From: Lepidodermella squamata
Taxonomy: Eukaryota; Animalia; Gastrotricha
Length of the DNA: 64,000 nucleotides
Direction: 5' to 3'
Assembly: GCA_047495785.1 (NCBI GenBank)
Contig: JBLDXI010000007.1
Coordinates: forward strand, 3,038,001 to 3,102,000
Positions 11,720 through 24,700 of this stretch are shown here, one piece after another. How positions within the stretch are numbered: the stretch's first letter is position 1; every line of letters starts with the position of its first letter. A program made the position numbers and the translations under genes. The notes under the pieces were generated by a model. It was not told where the DNA came from. It searched no databases and worked only from the letters and a program-made list of their open reading frames with translations.

Positions 11720-12010
11720 GGCCATGTGCTTCGTTGATCAAGCCGATGCATTGAAGGGCGAAACAAAACGCAGCCATCTGCGATGTTTGCTCCTCAATTT
11801 TTATGAAATTGAAATGCGTGAATTATTTAAAACTGCTAAGAACAAGCGGCTTCGCCCTCTGCCACTCCAATAATTGTGATGTCTCAAGATTTTGAATAAC
11901 AAGTACCTTTAGCAGTTGAAACTATATCAGTTATTTCGGCGAAATTTCTCAGATTTTCGGATCTCGACTTTGAATGCGATTTTGAAGATGATGCTACATA
12001 CTACTCTCAT
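11720..12010 (+). pseudogene. Decayed SOCS-box exon-2 relic related to the 21799-26253 gene
   Basis: MCFVDQADALKGETKR vs ICFYEQAGTLSGETKR, and tttctcagattttcggatctcgactttgaatgcgat vs tttctcaaattttccgatcttgactttgaatgcgat. Contains stops and frameshifts; preceded by a (GT)n tract. Confidence 0.75.
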
Positions 12011-12536
12011 GATTATTTTAATATTTCAGTAAAAAAATTTTTATTCGAAATGTGGAATATTTAAATTTTGCTTGGAATTTGTGTGCGAATTTTTCTTCAT
12101 TCGAATTCATTACCCTTCAGCAATCCTAAAGCCTAAAGCTTCGAATTTTTCGGGTTTTTTAATTTAAAGCCAGCCGGGAAAACCTCCCATCAATGGATTT
12201 CGTCAAATCAATTGGATACTGAAGAATTTCCGCAGTTCCTGGAACTCAACATAAAAAAACGGAATACTGAAAATTTTAGCAATGGAATTGAGGAAAAGGT
12301 GGAAGTCCTGTTGGAAAAATATGTTTGGCACGCGAATTTTTTATTAATAATCAACATTTTTTCTTTTCATGAAATTTCCCATCCTCTCTAGTCAAAATCA
12401 GCTTTTTTGAAAGATCCAAGATACTTAATTATATTAGTAAATCCTGAGAATTATTCCATCTAAAAGCTCAGGAAAATGTTATTTTTCAATATTTATTGCC
12501 TCAATTTTTACGATTTCTGATTTTTAGAGCATTAAA

Positions 12537-12736
12537 ATGAACGATTTTGCTGGAGCTGGCGAACCCACCTCTGAAATCGAAGCTTACTTCGCATCTCTAA
12601 ACAGCCACGACCCCCACATTTTGTGCAAAAGAGACGAGCGATTCAAAAATTGCCCCCTCGAAGCTCCGCAATTTCGCAAAGATTTCCGGCAACTCGTCGA
12701 GCGTTTGATCCTCGATGTTCGAGCTAATTGCAAAAT
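12537..12736 (+). pseudogene. 5' fragment of the 21799 gene cut by the duplication breakpoint
   Basis: Near-identical to 21799-21998 (MNDFAGAGEP...RANCKI), then unrelated sequence and a stop. Confidence 0.9.
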
Positions 12737-13570
12737 ACGCGTAATATGGAGGTCTATCGGTTAGGCATGGTAACAAAAAATTTGAGATTCCAGTGAAGAC
12801 TAGAAATCTGAAAAAACAATAAATAGGGGAAATGTAGGGCTGGAGTCTCAAATTTAGTCCTGAAACCATAGATTTAGGGTGCGCACTTGGCACATCCATC
12901 TAATATGCCCGAACTGTGGCAGCTCATCAAACTATTTTCACAGCCGGTAAAGAATTGCGGCCGGCTATTAGGCCCCTTTCCAGCCGCAATTTCACTTTAA
13001 TCCTGATCCGGCCGCTGGCAATAATAAAACAGAAACTTTCCGGCCGCAAACCTCTTGAAGCAAAAAATGAAGGTTCGGAGTATTTTTAAGCGAACGATCA
13101 GTTTGTAAATTTGATTTTTTGGGTGTTACCCTACTTGGAAGTGAAAATTTAAGCATGGTGTAATTTCATCCACTTTTCACGGCTTCAGTTTTCCCAGCAT
13201 AAAATTAGGTAATAGAGGAGTTTTAAAGCTGAAATCGATGTATTAGAACCTGACTGGTTATGAAAATCCACATTTGTAAGCGCGTGGATCTCCGGAATTT
13301 CGTAAAAATCGTGTGCGATTTGCTAATTTTTGGTTATTCTTGCTTTCTGGTTTTCAGGGCATAAGAACTTACAAAAAATGGTATAAATCGGGTATAAATC
13401 GATGAATTCAATCGCCCAAAAATCCAATTTCGCATTTTTGGATTATTATTGTTTTCCATATTATTTTTTTTATATTTGTTACGCAACTTATGCGTATTAT
13501 CGTAACTATTTGTTTTGACAATTTTTAAATCTGGTCCTGCGGTTCTATGTCAATGGAGCAAACGAAAATT

Positions 13571-13720
13571 GAGCAAAATGACTTTTGAGCAAAACGAGAT
13601 TAGAGCAAAACGACACGAGAGCAAATTTTATTTAAAATAAACAACAGCTGCAATTAATTATAAAATTTGCTCTCGTGTCGTTTTGCTCTAATCTCGTTTT
13701 GCTCAAAAGTCATTTTGCTC
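13571..13720. repeat. Perfect 60-bp inverted repeat (fold-back element remnant) at the duplication junction
   Basis: 13571-13630 is the exact reverse complement of 13661-13720, with a 30-bp spacer. Built from gagcaaa subrepeats. Ends 5 bp before copy 2 begins. Confidence 0.95.
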
Positions 13721-13882
13721 TAATAAAAAGTGTGACACCACGTGAAGTCTCAATTGAAGTCTCAAGACGCACCTGTTGCCAATAGCAGAAGTCGTATTAC
13801 TCTTCTCAGCCGAGTAAATCCGAGTCTTCAAACGTTTATTTCTAATGTAAATAGAATCGACCCTTTTTGGTTTATTCCTAAA

Positions 13883-14049
13883 ATGAATGCTCATGACGAT
13901 GAAATTTGCGATCAATTGGTTACTTGCCCGTTATCTGGGCTTAGCTTTCGCGCAAATATATTCGACTTCCTTCAAGAATTAATCGACGAAGCAGCGGATA
14001 GCCTTGAATTGCCTGCCGAGAAGTTCATTTTGGTAACGGATGGTTATAG
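13883..14049 (+). pseudogene. Truncated exon-1 fragment (duplicate of 4239-4405)
   Basis: Identical translation to the 4098-4427 ORF. Confidence 0.8.
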
Positions 14050-14911
14050 AAATTTTTTGGATTCACATTAACTCAAGGCTATTACCGCACATGTTCAAGG
14101 CATTAGGAATTTTTCTGGCCATGAGACACAATTTCGTCACTCATCGTAGGCTTTTTTCTTGTATTATCGCTGTTTGCGTTATTCATAAAACAAGCTGTAA
14201 TAGGCTGGCTAAAAAACCAGCAGCGGTATTTTTGATTTATTTTATTTCAATTTTGATTTATTTTTATTAAAACTAGCTACAAATGTGAAAAATCCCAAAT
14301 TTTGCGCGCATCGATTGGACATATCAGGGAAATTCTCATTCATAAGTTTGCCCTCTATAGCACATGCCGTGACCTAGATTGTACCGCCTTTGATCATTTT
14401 ACGCTCGCCGTTGATGATAGGCCTTACGCGCTTGTTGGTAATAAAGATGAGTAAATATGTGCGGCATTTATTTCGTCTGTTTCGCGTGCTCGTGCCAATG
14501 AAGACTTCGAAACGTGTTAAATAGCGCTGGTCAGTCTAATAGTCTTGCTAATCTCATCTTTTCCCCATTGTCCTTCGTTTTCGGTTTTTCGTAAAACAAA
14601 TCAGTTCGAAATCGATCAATCAAGAATCGCGAAAATAGAAAATACAAACTCTAGTTTTAACAAATCGCTATGTTCAGAAAATCTTCTCGAGAAAATCACG
14701 TTGAATCTCATTTTCCGTTGTCCCAAGTCTTTGTTATTCTTTTTGATAATTTGAATTGATAATTCTAAAATAATCAAGTTGGTTACGGTAACAGGAGGGC
14801 CCATTCTTTATGTAAGTATCAGGAATTTTTTGAGCATGAATTTCGGAAAAAAGTCACATAATTGTTTATTTATTTAATTTATTTTACTTATTATTAATCG
14901 ATTACCAAATC

Positions 14912-15934
14912 GGTAAAATAAAATCTGCCGCCCCAAAAGGTGAAAGTTCGTTTAATCTCAGCCCTCATTTAATAATAGCGCGCCCTCTCGTTTTAAATAC
15001 GCGCGCCCTCGTTTTGAAGAGGCGCGCCCTAATAGTAAACAAAGTCGCCCAGGTTGGTTAAACCACCGCCCAATTTCATTTATTCAATTTGGGCGGCTTT
15101 CAGCTCATTTTTCATTTAAATCAGTGCTCCGAAAACTCGGATTTTTTTCCGGCCGCGTGTGGCCGGCATGGCGGCCGGTTTCTCAAAGAATTGCTGGAAT
15201 GCGGCCGGAAGCCTAGTTTCGCACGATCATAACCCGAAAATCAGCTTGTTTTGCACTATTTTCAGCCGGCGTGTAAACACTCGAACGCAGATAATTCCTT
15301 GATCCCCGGCAAGTCGCTTTAACGCGGCGAGCTTGCAACACCTTCGACAGGCGTGCGAGGGGCGTAGCGGGTGTATGAACTTTACACGCGGTGTGCAATT
15401 ATTAATAAAATGCTTGAAGAGACACGCTTCCACGTCGTAATTTGTTCGGCCTGTAATAAGCATCCCTTGAACATAAAGCCGCCCCTAAACCTGGCCGTTA
15501 GACGATTGATAAGTGTCTCATGTCCTAACATGTCCCTGCTCAAGCATTAGAGGCTATTGCTTTTACGGATATTGCTTCGCTGCTCCGATTGCCAAATTGT
15601 CCCAAAAAATCGTCCGCTCGCTGTTAATCATATCCCAGGTGGTAGGCATTTTGGTTCTTATACCGTTTCAGCCGATGTTATGTTGATACCAATGAAGGAA
15701 TAGAGGTGCGGCTAATAGGCGCATCATCATCACATTTGCAATTTTCTTATTTTAACGGGGCGACGTTTTATATTTCAAGGCGACTGATTATCAGTCAGGT
15801 GCGGCCTTCCGCCTTGAGGGGCGGATTAAGGCGAATTAGTGCGGCGATCGCGCAATGAGGGCGACTTTATTTATTGTTAGGCGACACAAATGGGGCGAAC
15901 TTTTACCTTTTTGGGCGACAGATTTTACCTCACC
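14912..15934. mobile_element. MITE, duplicate of 5268-6290
   Basis: Same TIRs at offset 9644. Confidence 0.7.
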
Positions 15935-16321
15935 CATTACCTAATCGCCAGAATTTTTCATTGCAATTTTCCTTAATTTCTGGAAAATTCCGAAAACAGA
16001 TGAATTTCTGAAAGATTTACTCACACTTTGAATGATGTCGCGCCAGAACAGTGTGCCGAAAATAGAAACAAATGGCGTAATGCATTTGATGCGCAGAAAA
16101 AACTGGCGTTCAACTTTTTTCCAGCGATCATAGGCACGCGACTGATTTGGCGAAGATGCAAATAGCTAGTTTTACGCCATTTGTTTCTATTTCCGGCACA
16201 CTGTTCTGTGAAAGTCTCCCAGACAAGCAAGAAATAATGACGCGTTTCTTAGGCTCCTTCGGGTAAATTTTGTACCCTCAGGTTAATTCACTGTCAATAG
16301 ATCTTTAAATATTCTGGTTGA

Positions 16322-18405
16322 ATGATCGAAGCTAACCATGATGAGAAGTGCGATGAATACACAACTTGCCCGTTATCTGGGCGTGAATTTCGTGAAAAAT
16401 TGGACGATTTCTCGCAAGAATTGATCAAACGAGCTGCTTCCAGCCTTGAATTACCCGCCGACGAATTTTTCATGATAACTGATGGCTACATGATTAATAA
16501 TGGCTACGTCATAGCGCTGGTGCCATGCCGCTTTCTTGGCAATTTTCTGGCTGCTGGGCGGCAAAGTGACCCGCAAACTTTCGGCTCAACTCTAATTCAA
16601 TGCTGCCTCGATCGAGTTGTGACTTCAGGCCCGAAATTCAGTCCAAACGACGCCATCCTTCTGTACTTGTCCATCTGCTTCGCGCAATGTGAACCTTTGA
16701 AAGCTTTCATGGAATTGAGACGGCACCTCATACCGCGCTGTTACCTTCAGGCTATGTTAGAGCCGGCGTTCAAAACCCACGCTGATTGTCTGAAGAGCGC
16801 GCCAGGGCATCAGAATTACGCCCCGTTCGGGGTCCGATGTGAAGCTGTCGACCTTTTGATGAAATCAGGGGCTGATTTAGCGACGTTATCTGCTCGCGAT
16901 TGTGAGCGTGAGTTTCCGAGAAATTAAAAATGTTAAGTTGCGCAACGATTTTGTAAATTTGCGAATTTTTGAAGAAAATTGAACTAATTTTTTGAAATTT
17001 AGAGAATTTTCACGATTTTACCGAAAAGTAAAAAGAATGTACTGGAGAAACCCCTGAAAACCCCGATGGTAACTGGTTCAGTAATTTTCCGTTTTTACCT
17101 GGTTGGATCTAATTTCATCGGATTTTTTTAATCCCATTTGCAAATTGGCGGAAAAGGAATCACAAACTCTAAAACGATAGGAAAAGTTTTGCTGACGGCC
17201 AAAAAAATCCTTGAAGAAAAATTCAAAATGGAACAAGAATAGCAATAAAGTAAAGCAATGAGTTAATTCCGAGGAAATTTTGTGTAAAATACCGAAAATT
17301 ACCGAACCAGTTACCATCTGGATTTTCAGGGTTTTTTCTCCGGTAAATTCTTTTAATTTTCGGTAAAATCGTGGATAGAACATTCTCCCGGTCTTTTTAG
17401 TTAAATAATTAGGCGAATTTTCTACAAAATTTTGCGAAATTGGAAAATTGATGAGAATTGATGATTGAAAGGTTGATGAGAAATCTCGCTGGAATTTAAA
17501 ATTATTGGTAAAATTATGGAATTAACTGACCGGACTTTCTTGCTTTTTTAACCTATTTTCAATCACTAAGAATTATCTGCCATTTACTTAATAATTCTTA
17601 AAAATTCTATTAAATTTCAGAAATTCTTGGCAATATTTTCAGTAGCTATCTTCAACTTGGATTTGATCAGCAAGTTCCGACTGAAGCGCTTGGAAACGTG
17701 TTTAACAAGGTGACGAAAACTCTGCATTTTCCTCCTGATTTCTGGCTTCGCTACCTCAATCGACCTCTACCGTACCTTGAAATCTTCTTCCACAATCCAT
17801 CAATTCTGAGCTACATCATGAAAGAAATTGTCGAGAGTAAATTGCCTGATTCTGGCAACTTCAAGCTGAACTTTTTCGATATGGTCAACCCCAGCCAGTA
17901 TTTCGATAATCATGCCGTCAGGCCTTATTTAGCACTGAAGCTCGTCGCCTTGCCTTATTTGAGATCTGGCCTGCCTATCGATAACATTTCTTGCTTAACC
18001 TCGCCGAACTACGCCCGGCGGCTTGTCGAAGACTGGGATTGGATTGCCGGTGACTTGGGCGGTTTCATCGCGAAACGCTACTTCCTATTCGCCTTGCACT
18101 TCATGGATCTCAACGGCTTTAATTTATCTAAAATAATCAATTTTACTTCAGCTCGCGGGAGTGAAATTTTCGATTTATTCATCGAATCAGGTCGCCAATA
18201 TCCATTCACGTTGCGGGGATTTTGCCGCCGCGTTATCTTGAGGCATCTCCCAGCTGGCGTGAGGAGGCGCCCCGAGGCGATTAAATCGCTGGATATTCCG
18301 AGCAGCTGGGAGGACTTCTTGAACTTTGACGATTTGGATTTCAAAGTCGACTGGAATGTTGTTACAAGGTTTTTGGCCAACCGCAGCTTTAATGATCTGG
18401 ATTAA
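16322..18405 (+). CDS. SOCS-box family gene A (~456 aa), join(16322..16907,17621..18405)
   Basis: Donor GTGAGT at 16908 and acceptor TTTCAG ending 17620 give a phase-1 in-frame join. Ankyrin-like AVDLLMKSGADL. SOCS box YPFTLRGFCRRVILRHLP...AIKSLDIPSSWEDFLNF. Confidence 0.85.
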
Positions 18406-20994
18406 CTCGAAAACATGCGCCAAAATGACAATTTCGTTGAATTTACACCTGTTCTCGTTTTTTGTTATCGTTTTTACGGATTTTCTTTGACGCTGATACG
18501 TTATACTTTTATTTGCTCATTTTATTATATTATCACCGTTTTTACTCGAGTTCCAGCTTTGACTTGTCGTAACATCTACTTGTTTTGTTATTTATGAAGT
18601 ATTTATCGATTTTTCGTTCATAATATTCCGTGTTTTTTCTCTTTTTTTTAGGTGTAATTTTGATATTAAATCTTCATGGCAAGCCGCGGCAAACGATGCT
18701 CTTGAAAAGGTTTTCCTCGAGATCCTCGAATGGGTCCTCGAATTAAGCTGTATTTAAATTTGAGCGTTCTAAAATAATTTTCATTAATAATTTGTTAATT
18801 AAATTAAGCGTTAAATTTTGGCAAAGCTTGAGTTCTTAGTCTTAAAAATTCTCACCGCCAGGAATGATTAACCTCAGATATACCCTCAACTGGGGTGACT
18901 TTGGCATCCCAAAAATCGAAGATGGTAAGGTAAATACCCCGTGAGTGGGGTGCCGTTGGATAGCCCAAGGAAAGGCCAGCCCGGATGTGTGCAATGCACA
19001 TCGATACAACCCATCTAGGGACATATAATAGCAGGTGAAGTTTTGAGAAAATTTTGAAATGTTTTTATTAAAACTTTGGTGACTGCCCAATTGAAGCCGT
19101 ATGATTAAAATGATGCGATTTTCAGACAGCATTTTCTCCCGGCTATCCAACGGTACCCCCCTCGGGGGCATTTACCTTACCATCTTCGATTTTTGGTATT
19201 TGCCAAAGTCACGCCATTTTGGTACGTCAAAGTCACCCGACTGCCCAAAGTCACCCGAGTTGACGGTAGATACGTGTTACTAACTTTCAAGCGTAAAAAT
19301 ATCACATGTTTGTACTCTATCCAGCGTGAGTTAGCGAATCCAGGGTTTAAATACTAGTTCAATGCGATCGTTGATCTTATTGCGTAAGACAAATAGGTCG
19401 AGTTGAGCACGATTCGACCCGGTTTTTGACTGTCCCAAACTGGTCGTGACCCAATTACGATCACGCGGTCGCGATTTTGATGGGCCGTGCTTGTCCCAAT
19501 TTTCCATTAAACATTTTTGCTAGATATGTCGTGATAAGAAACGTTGTTGCCATTCGTGACCTGATGGTTGTTTCCTCGTGATGTATATTTAGCATCTCGA
19601 AGTCATGTGATAAATGTCAGGCCTTCGATAAGAAAATTGGTTCACGGATAATCATTCACGTCCGTTTTCTAGCGAAAGCACGTGCTTGGAATTTTGAAAT
19701 GCGTCATATCAGTCCCATCTTGGTTGTCACTGTCGTAGTGCTGAACGATAATGGGAGAATATTCTGATAATTTTCTCCGGAAAAATCGCTTAGTTTTTTA
19801 GTTTCACGTGTTCCCTGAAATCGCAATTATTTTTATTTTCTCTTGCCCACGCCCGATAGACGCGTATTTTGCGCTCTAAGCGGTCTAGGTTAAGGGGATG
19901 AAGTAATTGATATCGATTTTCCGTGATCGATTTAATAAATGGAAGTGGCTATAACACCGACTAAAGGGTGTCACAAGGTGACCATTTACACCCAGTGACT
20001 AAAAGGTTAAATTTTTAATCCCACTCACAAGAGACATAATACTTTATTTCTATTCTTATGGCATTTTAGATTTTTCTTAGATTTTCCCCTGTCATCATTT
20101 TAGTAGGAGAAGGCATCAGAAACTCTAAAATGATGATAAGGGAAGTCATGTCTAATGGTCAGAAAAATCTTGGAAAAATCTAAAATGCCATAAGAATAAA
20201 GAATAGTTATGAAGTATTATGTCTCTTGTGAGTGGGATTAAAAAAATCCGAAGAAAGTTGACCCACCCAGGTAAAAACCGAAAATTCCCGAACCAGTTAC
20301 CATCGAGGTTTTCCGGGTTTTCTTCGGCAATTTGTAAATTTCTTAGGTAAAATCATGGATAAAGGATGGAAGATCCTTCAGTTGGCTAAATTTCAAAAAT
20401 TAGTTTCGATCTTCTAACAACTTTCAAAATTACAAAATGGTAGCGCAACTTATGGGACACGCTGCATCAGATAAGGTATGTATGAATAGCAGAGTAAGTA
20501 TAGATATGTAGCAGCGACAAACATGGTTTTAGGCTTTTGATTGATGATATTTATTGGTAGCAAATGTTATGGGTTTTTCCAATTGTTACATAAGGCTTTC
20601 AGGAGGCAACTATTGTCTGTGGCGCCCAGTCGCAAATATAGCTAGCGCGCGATGCCAAGATCGCGTGCCTGTACGTAAAATTGTTTTTTTTTGAACTTTT
20701 CATCAGACAGCTATTTCACCCGACAACCTACATCTTTTGTTAAATTTGCCTAAATTCAAACTTTGCCGATCATCTTTGAACTACATCGCCTAGCCCAGGA
20801 ACCTGAAAACTTGGTTCTTTACATTCGATCCAAGGCTCTTATCGATTCGAGAACTAGAAATGATTTGTGGAGTCCATTAATTGGCGGAATCGGGACTTCA
20901 AAATGACGTCCTTAGACTTGTTGCACCCTTAAAACTGGGTTCTTGCATGTCTCTCTCTCTCTGTGTGTGTGTGTGTGTGTGTGTTTGAATACAT

Positions 20995-21290
20995 GGGCCA
21001 TGTGCTTCGTTGATCAAGCCGATGCATTGAAGGGCGAAACAAAACGCAGCCATCTGCGATGTTTGCTCCTCAATTTTTATGAAATTGAAATGCGTGAATT
21101 ATTTAAAACTGCTAAGAACAAGCGGCTTCGCCCTCTGCCACTCCAATAATTTTGATGTCTCAAGATTTTGAATAACAAGTACCTAAAGCAATTGAAACTA
21201 TATCAGTTATTTCGGCGAAATTTCTCAGATTTTCGGATCTCGACTTTGAATGCGATTTTGAAGATGATGCTACATACTACTCTCATGATT
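20995..21290 (+). pseudogene. Decayed SOCS-box exon-2 relic (duplicate of 11720-12010)
   Basis: Same degenerate motifs as the 11.7-kb copy. Confidence 0.75.
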
Positions 21291-21798
21291 ATTTTAATAT
21301 TTCAGTAAAACATTTTTTATTCGAAATGTGGAATATTTAAATTCTGCTTGGAATTTGTGTGCGCATTTTTCTTCATTCGAATTCGATGTCAATTCGAATT
21401 ACCCTTCAGCAATCCTAAAGCCTAAAGCTTCGAATTTTTCGGGTTTTTTAATTTAAAGCCAGCCGGAAAAACCTCCCATCAATGGATTTCGTCAAATCAA
21501 TTGGATACTGAAGAATTTCCGCAGTTCCTGGAACTCAACATCAAAAAAACGGAATACTGAAAATTTTAGCAATGAGGGAAAGGTGGAAAAATATGTTTGG
21601 CACGCGAATTTTTTATTAATAATCAACATTTTTTCTTTCTTAAATTTCCCATCCTCTCTAGTCAAAATCAACTTTTTTGAAAGGTCCATGATAGTTAATT
21701 ATATTAGTAAATCCTCAGAATTCTTCCATCCGGAAAATGTTATTTTTCAATATTTATTGCCTCAATTTTTTACGATTTCTCTTTTTTAGAGCATTAAA

Positions 21799-24700
21799 AT
21801 GAACGATTTCGCTGGAGCTGGCGAACCCACCTCTGAAATCGAAGCTTACTTCGCATCTCTAAACAGCCACGATCCCCACATTTTGTGTAAACGCGACGAG
21901 CGATTCAAAAATTGCCCCCTCGAAGCTCAGCGATTTCGCAAAGATTTCCGGCAACTCGTCGAACGCTTGGTCCTCGATGTTCGAGCTAATTGCAAAATTT
22001 CAGCCGATAAATTGGCCGTGAAGGAGTTACAGCGTTTAACCTGGTCGGCTAGCTGTTCGCATTTGAAAGCTATCCCGACCCGAATCTGCGGCGAGTGGAT
22101 CATCAATTGCAGGGAATTCTCAGCTTACAACCGCCATCAAATTCTGAAATGCTTCTACGGTTGTTTCATGGCGAGACGCGAGAATCTCACGGTCCAAGCA
22201 TTTCAAGGTATCAAACCACGGCTGAGCCATGTCGATTTTCTATCGCTGTATCTGTTCGCAATTTTCGGCGAGAAGAAGCAATTCTGCGAGCTTTTCCACG
22301 TAAAATGGCTCCACAACCTCGTCCCGCCGTGTTTGGCATCCGCCCTGTTGAAGGCAGCCTTGGATCCTAACTGCGACGATTTTGCCGATGAAAAGCCTGA
22401 TCGAAGTCCGATAGCGTTGTTCCTCTTCGAAACAGGCGTTCATGTGAACAATTTCATGGATTTGGAAGGTTAATTTGAAACTTCGATTTATCGATTCAAG
22501 ATTTTAACAACAGTGTGTCCCATTGCTAATAAAAAGAACGAAAATACACGGAAATGGGATCAAAAACTCTAAAAGGGGAGGCGAATTCGTGTCTCATGGC
22601 CGGAAAATTCAAAGTGAAATGAAATTGTTTCAAACATTTACAAAATTCAAATTTGGTACGCGTTTTAGTTTAATCGAATTCGGTTAGTCTTTGGTGGCAG
22701 TCTTTCCTGTTGCATTTTTTGGCCTGGTCCGGGACCAGCCATGTTAGCAGAGTGATTGAATGGCTTGGATCGAATTTCTCTCGATAAGGCATTTAAATTG
22801 GCAATATTTTTGAGGAATAATTCCAACTTGAAGTGAAAGAAAAAGTATTTTTTGCTGAGTACATGAGGGGTCGAATTTCCGGGTGGATGAAAAATATATT
22901 TATCGAATTAAACGAAAATTTCCAAAACGATCAATTTTCAGGACAAAATTATGGTTAGATCGAAAACGATGTTGGCAAGATAAAAAATGGCACAGCCCCA
23001 GTAATTATCCGTAATAACCACGTGGAAGATTATTGGAACGTTAGACGAAAAGACCATCGCTAGATTCGGGATCAGCGCGAAATTCCGCGTGAGAAGAAAT
23101 GTTTCATGACTCCTTCCATGATGTTCCCCTTTCAAGGGACAATAAATTCTATCACTCTCAAAATTTCAAATTCATTGGCCTTTTCACCCTTTTTACTCGC
23201 AATTTCCCGACAATTTCCAGAACATTTTCATCGGTTATAATTTTCGATATTTTACCTGATGGTACCATTTTTTGGATTTTTTTTCAACTTTCATACATAC
23301 CTAAATTTTCGTATTATTTAAAGCATACTGGCCGTGAAACGGACATCGCCTCTCGTTTTCGAGGTTCTGAACCCTTCCCCGCGAATTTCCTTCGATTACA
23401 CAGTATTTTTGTAATTTCAATTGCCCAAGTTTAAAATTTTAATTTTTTAAAATTTTTAACTTTATTTACCCGAAAATGCATTTTCTAATGGGTCTTACTT
23501 TTAGCGGATCCAAAATCCAAATTTGCCTGAGTTAGCAGAACCGAATTGGAATTTGGAATTTTCATAGGGCCCAAAACCAATTTTCGAGCATTTTTAAGGA
23601 TGTCATGATGGTTATGTCCCGTAAGCGCAACCTCAGGAGCGTAACCTCGCTTGTGCGTAACTTTTCGTGTGCGCAACCGATGTGCGCAACTATTGGGCGA
23701 AACCTGCTGTGTGTAAATAAATAAGTAAAAACTCGAGGTAATTCCCATTATAGTTCAACCGCACAAAAGTGCACATTCACGGAATTTTCAACTAGCCGTG
23801 TATTTGTCTACCAAATTCGCCCAACTCTGCGAACACAAATTAAAAAAATTAATTTACCTTATTTGCTCCAATAGCAGCCCGTGCTACTAAAATTTCAACC
23901 TCAAATTTCGAAAATTTCAAAAAATAATTGTTGGTGAATCGCTCATTTTTTATGTGACTTGACTCCTCAACCCTGGGCTACTTTTAGGGATGGGCGATTA
24001 TTAGCGGATGGGCTACTATTGGAACAAATAATACGGCCTTTAAAATGTAAAAAAATTGTATTGTGTTATGAACGGAGCTACAGTTTTGATCACCATCTTA
24101 AACCGTTTGACAGCAGACATTTATTACTTTAAGTGTTGAGAACATGATCCCCCTTAACATAAATAGCACCCCGGCCGTAGCTGTGAGCGGATGAAGAATC
24201 ACAGTTACTAAGCGGACGCGGCAGGTCTCTGAGACTCAAAATGAATCAATCTCGCAAACAAAATGGATTTTGAAATGTGGCTATTAGCTGTAGACGGGCA
24301 GCGAGAAATTTTGATAAATTACTGCGAGGCCACGCTATTAGGCTCCTGTGACGAAGTCGATGTTCGCGTTAATATTAATGCAATTACTATTACGACCCAC
24401 CTTGATAAATATAAAAAAGTAAACACGGATGAAGTATCTCCTGAAAGCGGAAAAGCGACAAGTCCTTTTGGAGATCAAATCTCAACGGGCTATGCTAAAG
24501 CAAACAAGCCGCTGTGAGTGCAGCGCGCCCTCACACATAGAGTCACCCTCACCATCCTCGTCGCCTCTCTACAACTCCCCATGGTCTCCGCGCAATGAGA
24601 CACATTGCGGAACCACTAAATAAGAGCTTAACTTAGGCGCGCACGCTGATTGGTCAATTGATCCTAGCTATGACTCCGGGATTTTTTGCGCACTTTGATA

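Larger units (their letters stand above)
4082..12736 (+). repeat. Segmental duplication, copy 1 (~8.65 kb)
   Basis: Matches 13726-21998 directly (offset 9644 at the left end); the ORF translations recur. Identity ends at gctaattgcaaaat (12736 vs 21998). Confidence 0.95.
13726..21998 (+). repeat. Segmental duplication, copy 2
   Basis: Direct repeat of 4082-12736. Confidence 0.95.

Noticed and set aside
13556-13720. gagcaaaa periodic units as a CRISPR-like array
   Set aside because: Units are ~16 bp, few, and arranged as an inverted pair typical of fold-back transposon subterminal repeats.
24263-24623. ORFs inside the intronic TIR element as a transposase
   Set aside because: Short, with no recognisable DDE motif; at most a decayed fragment.
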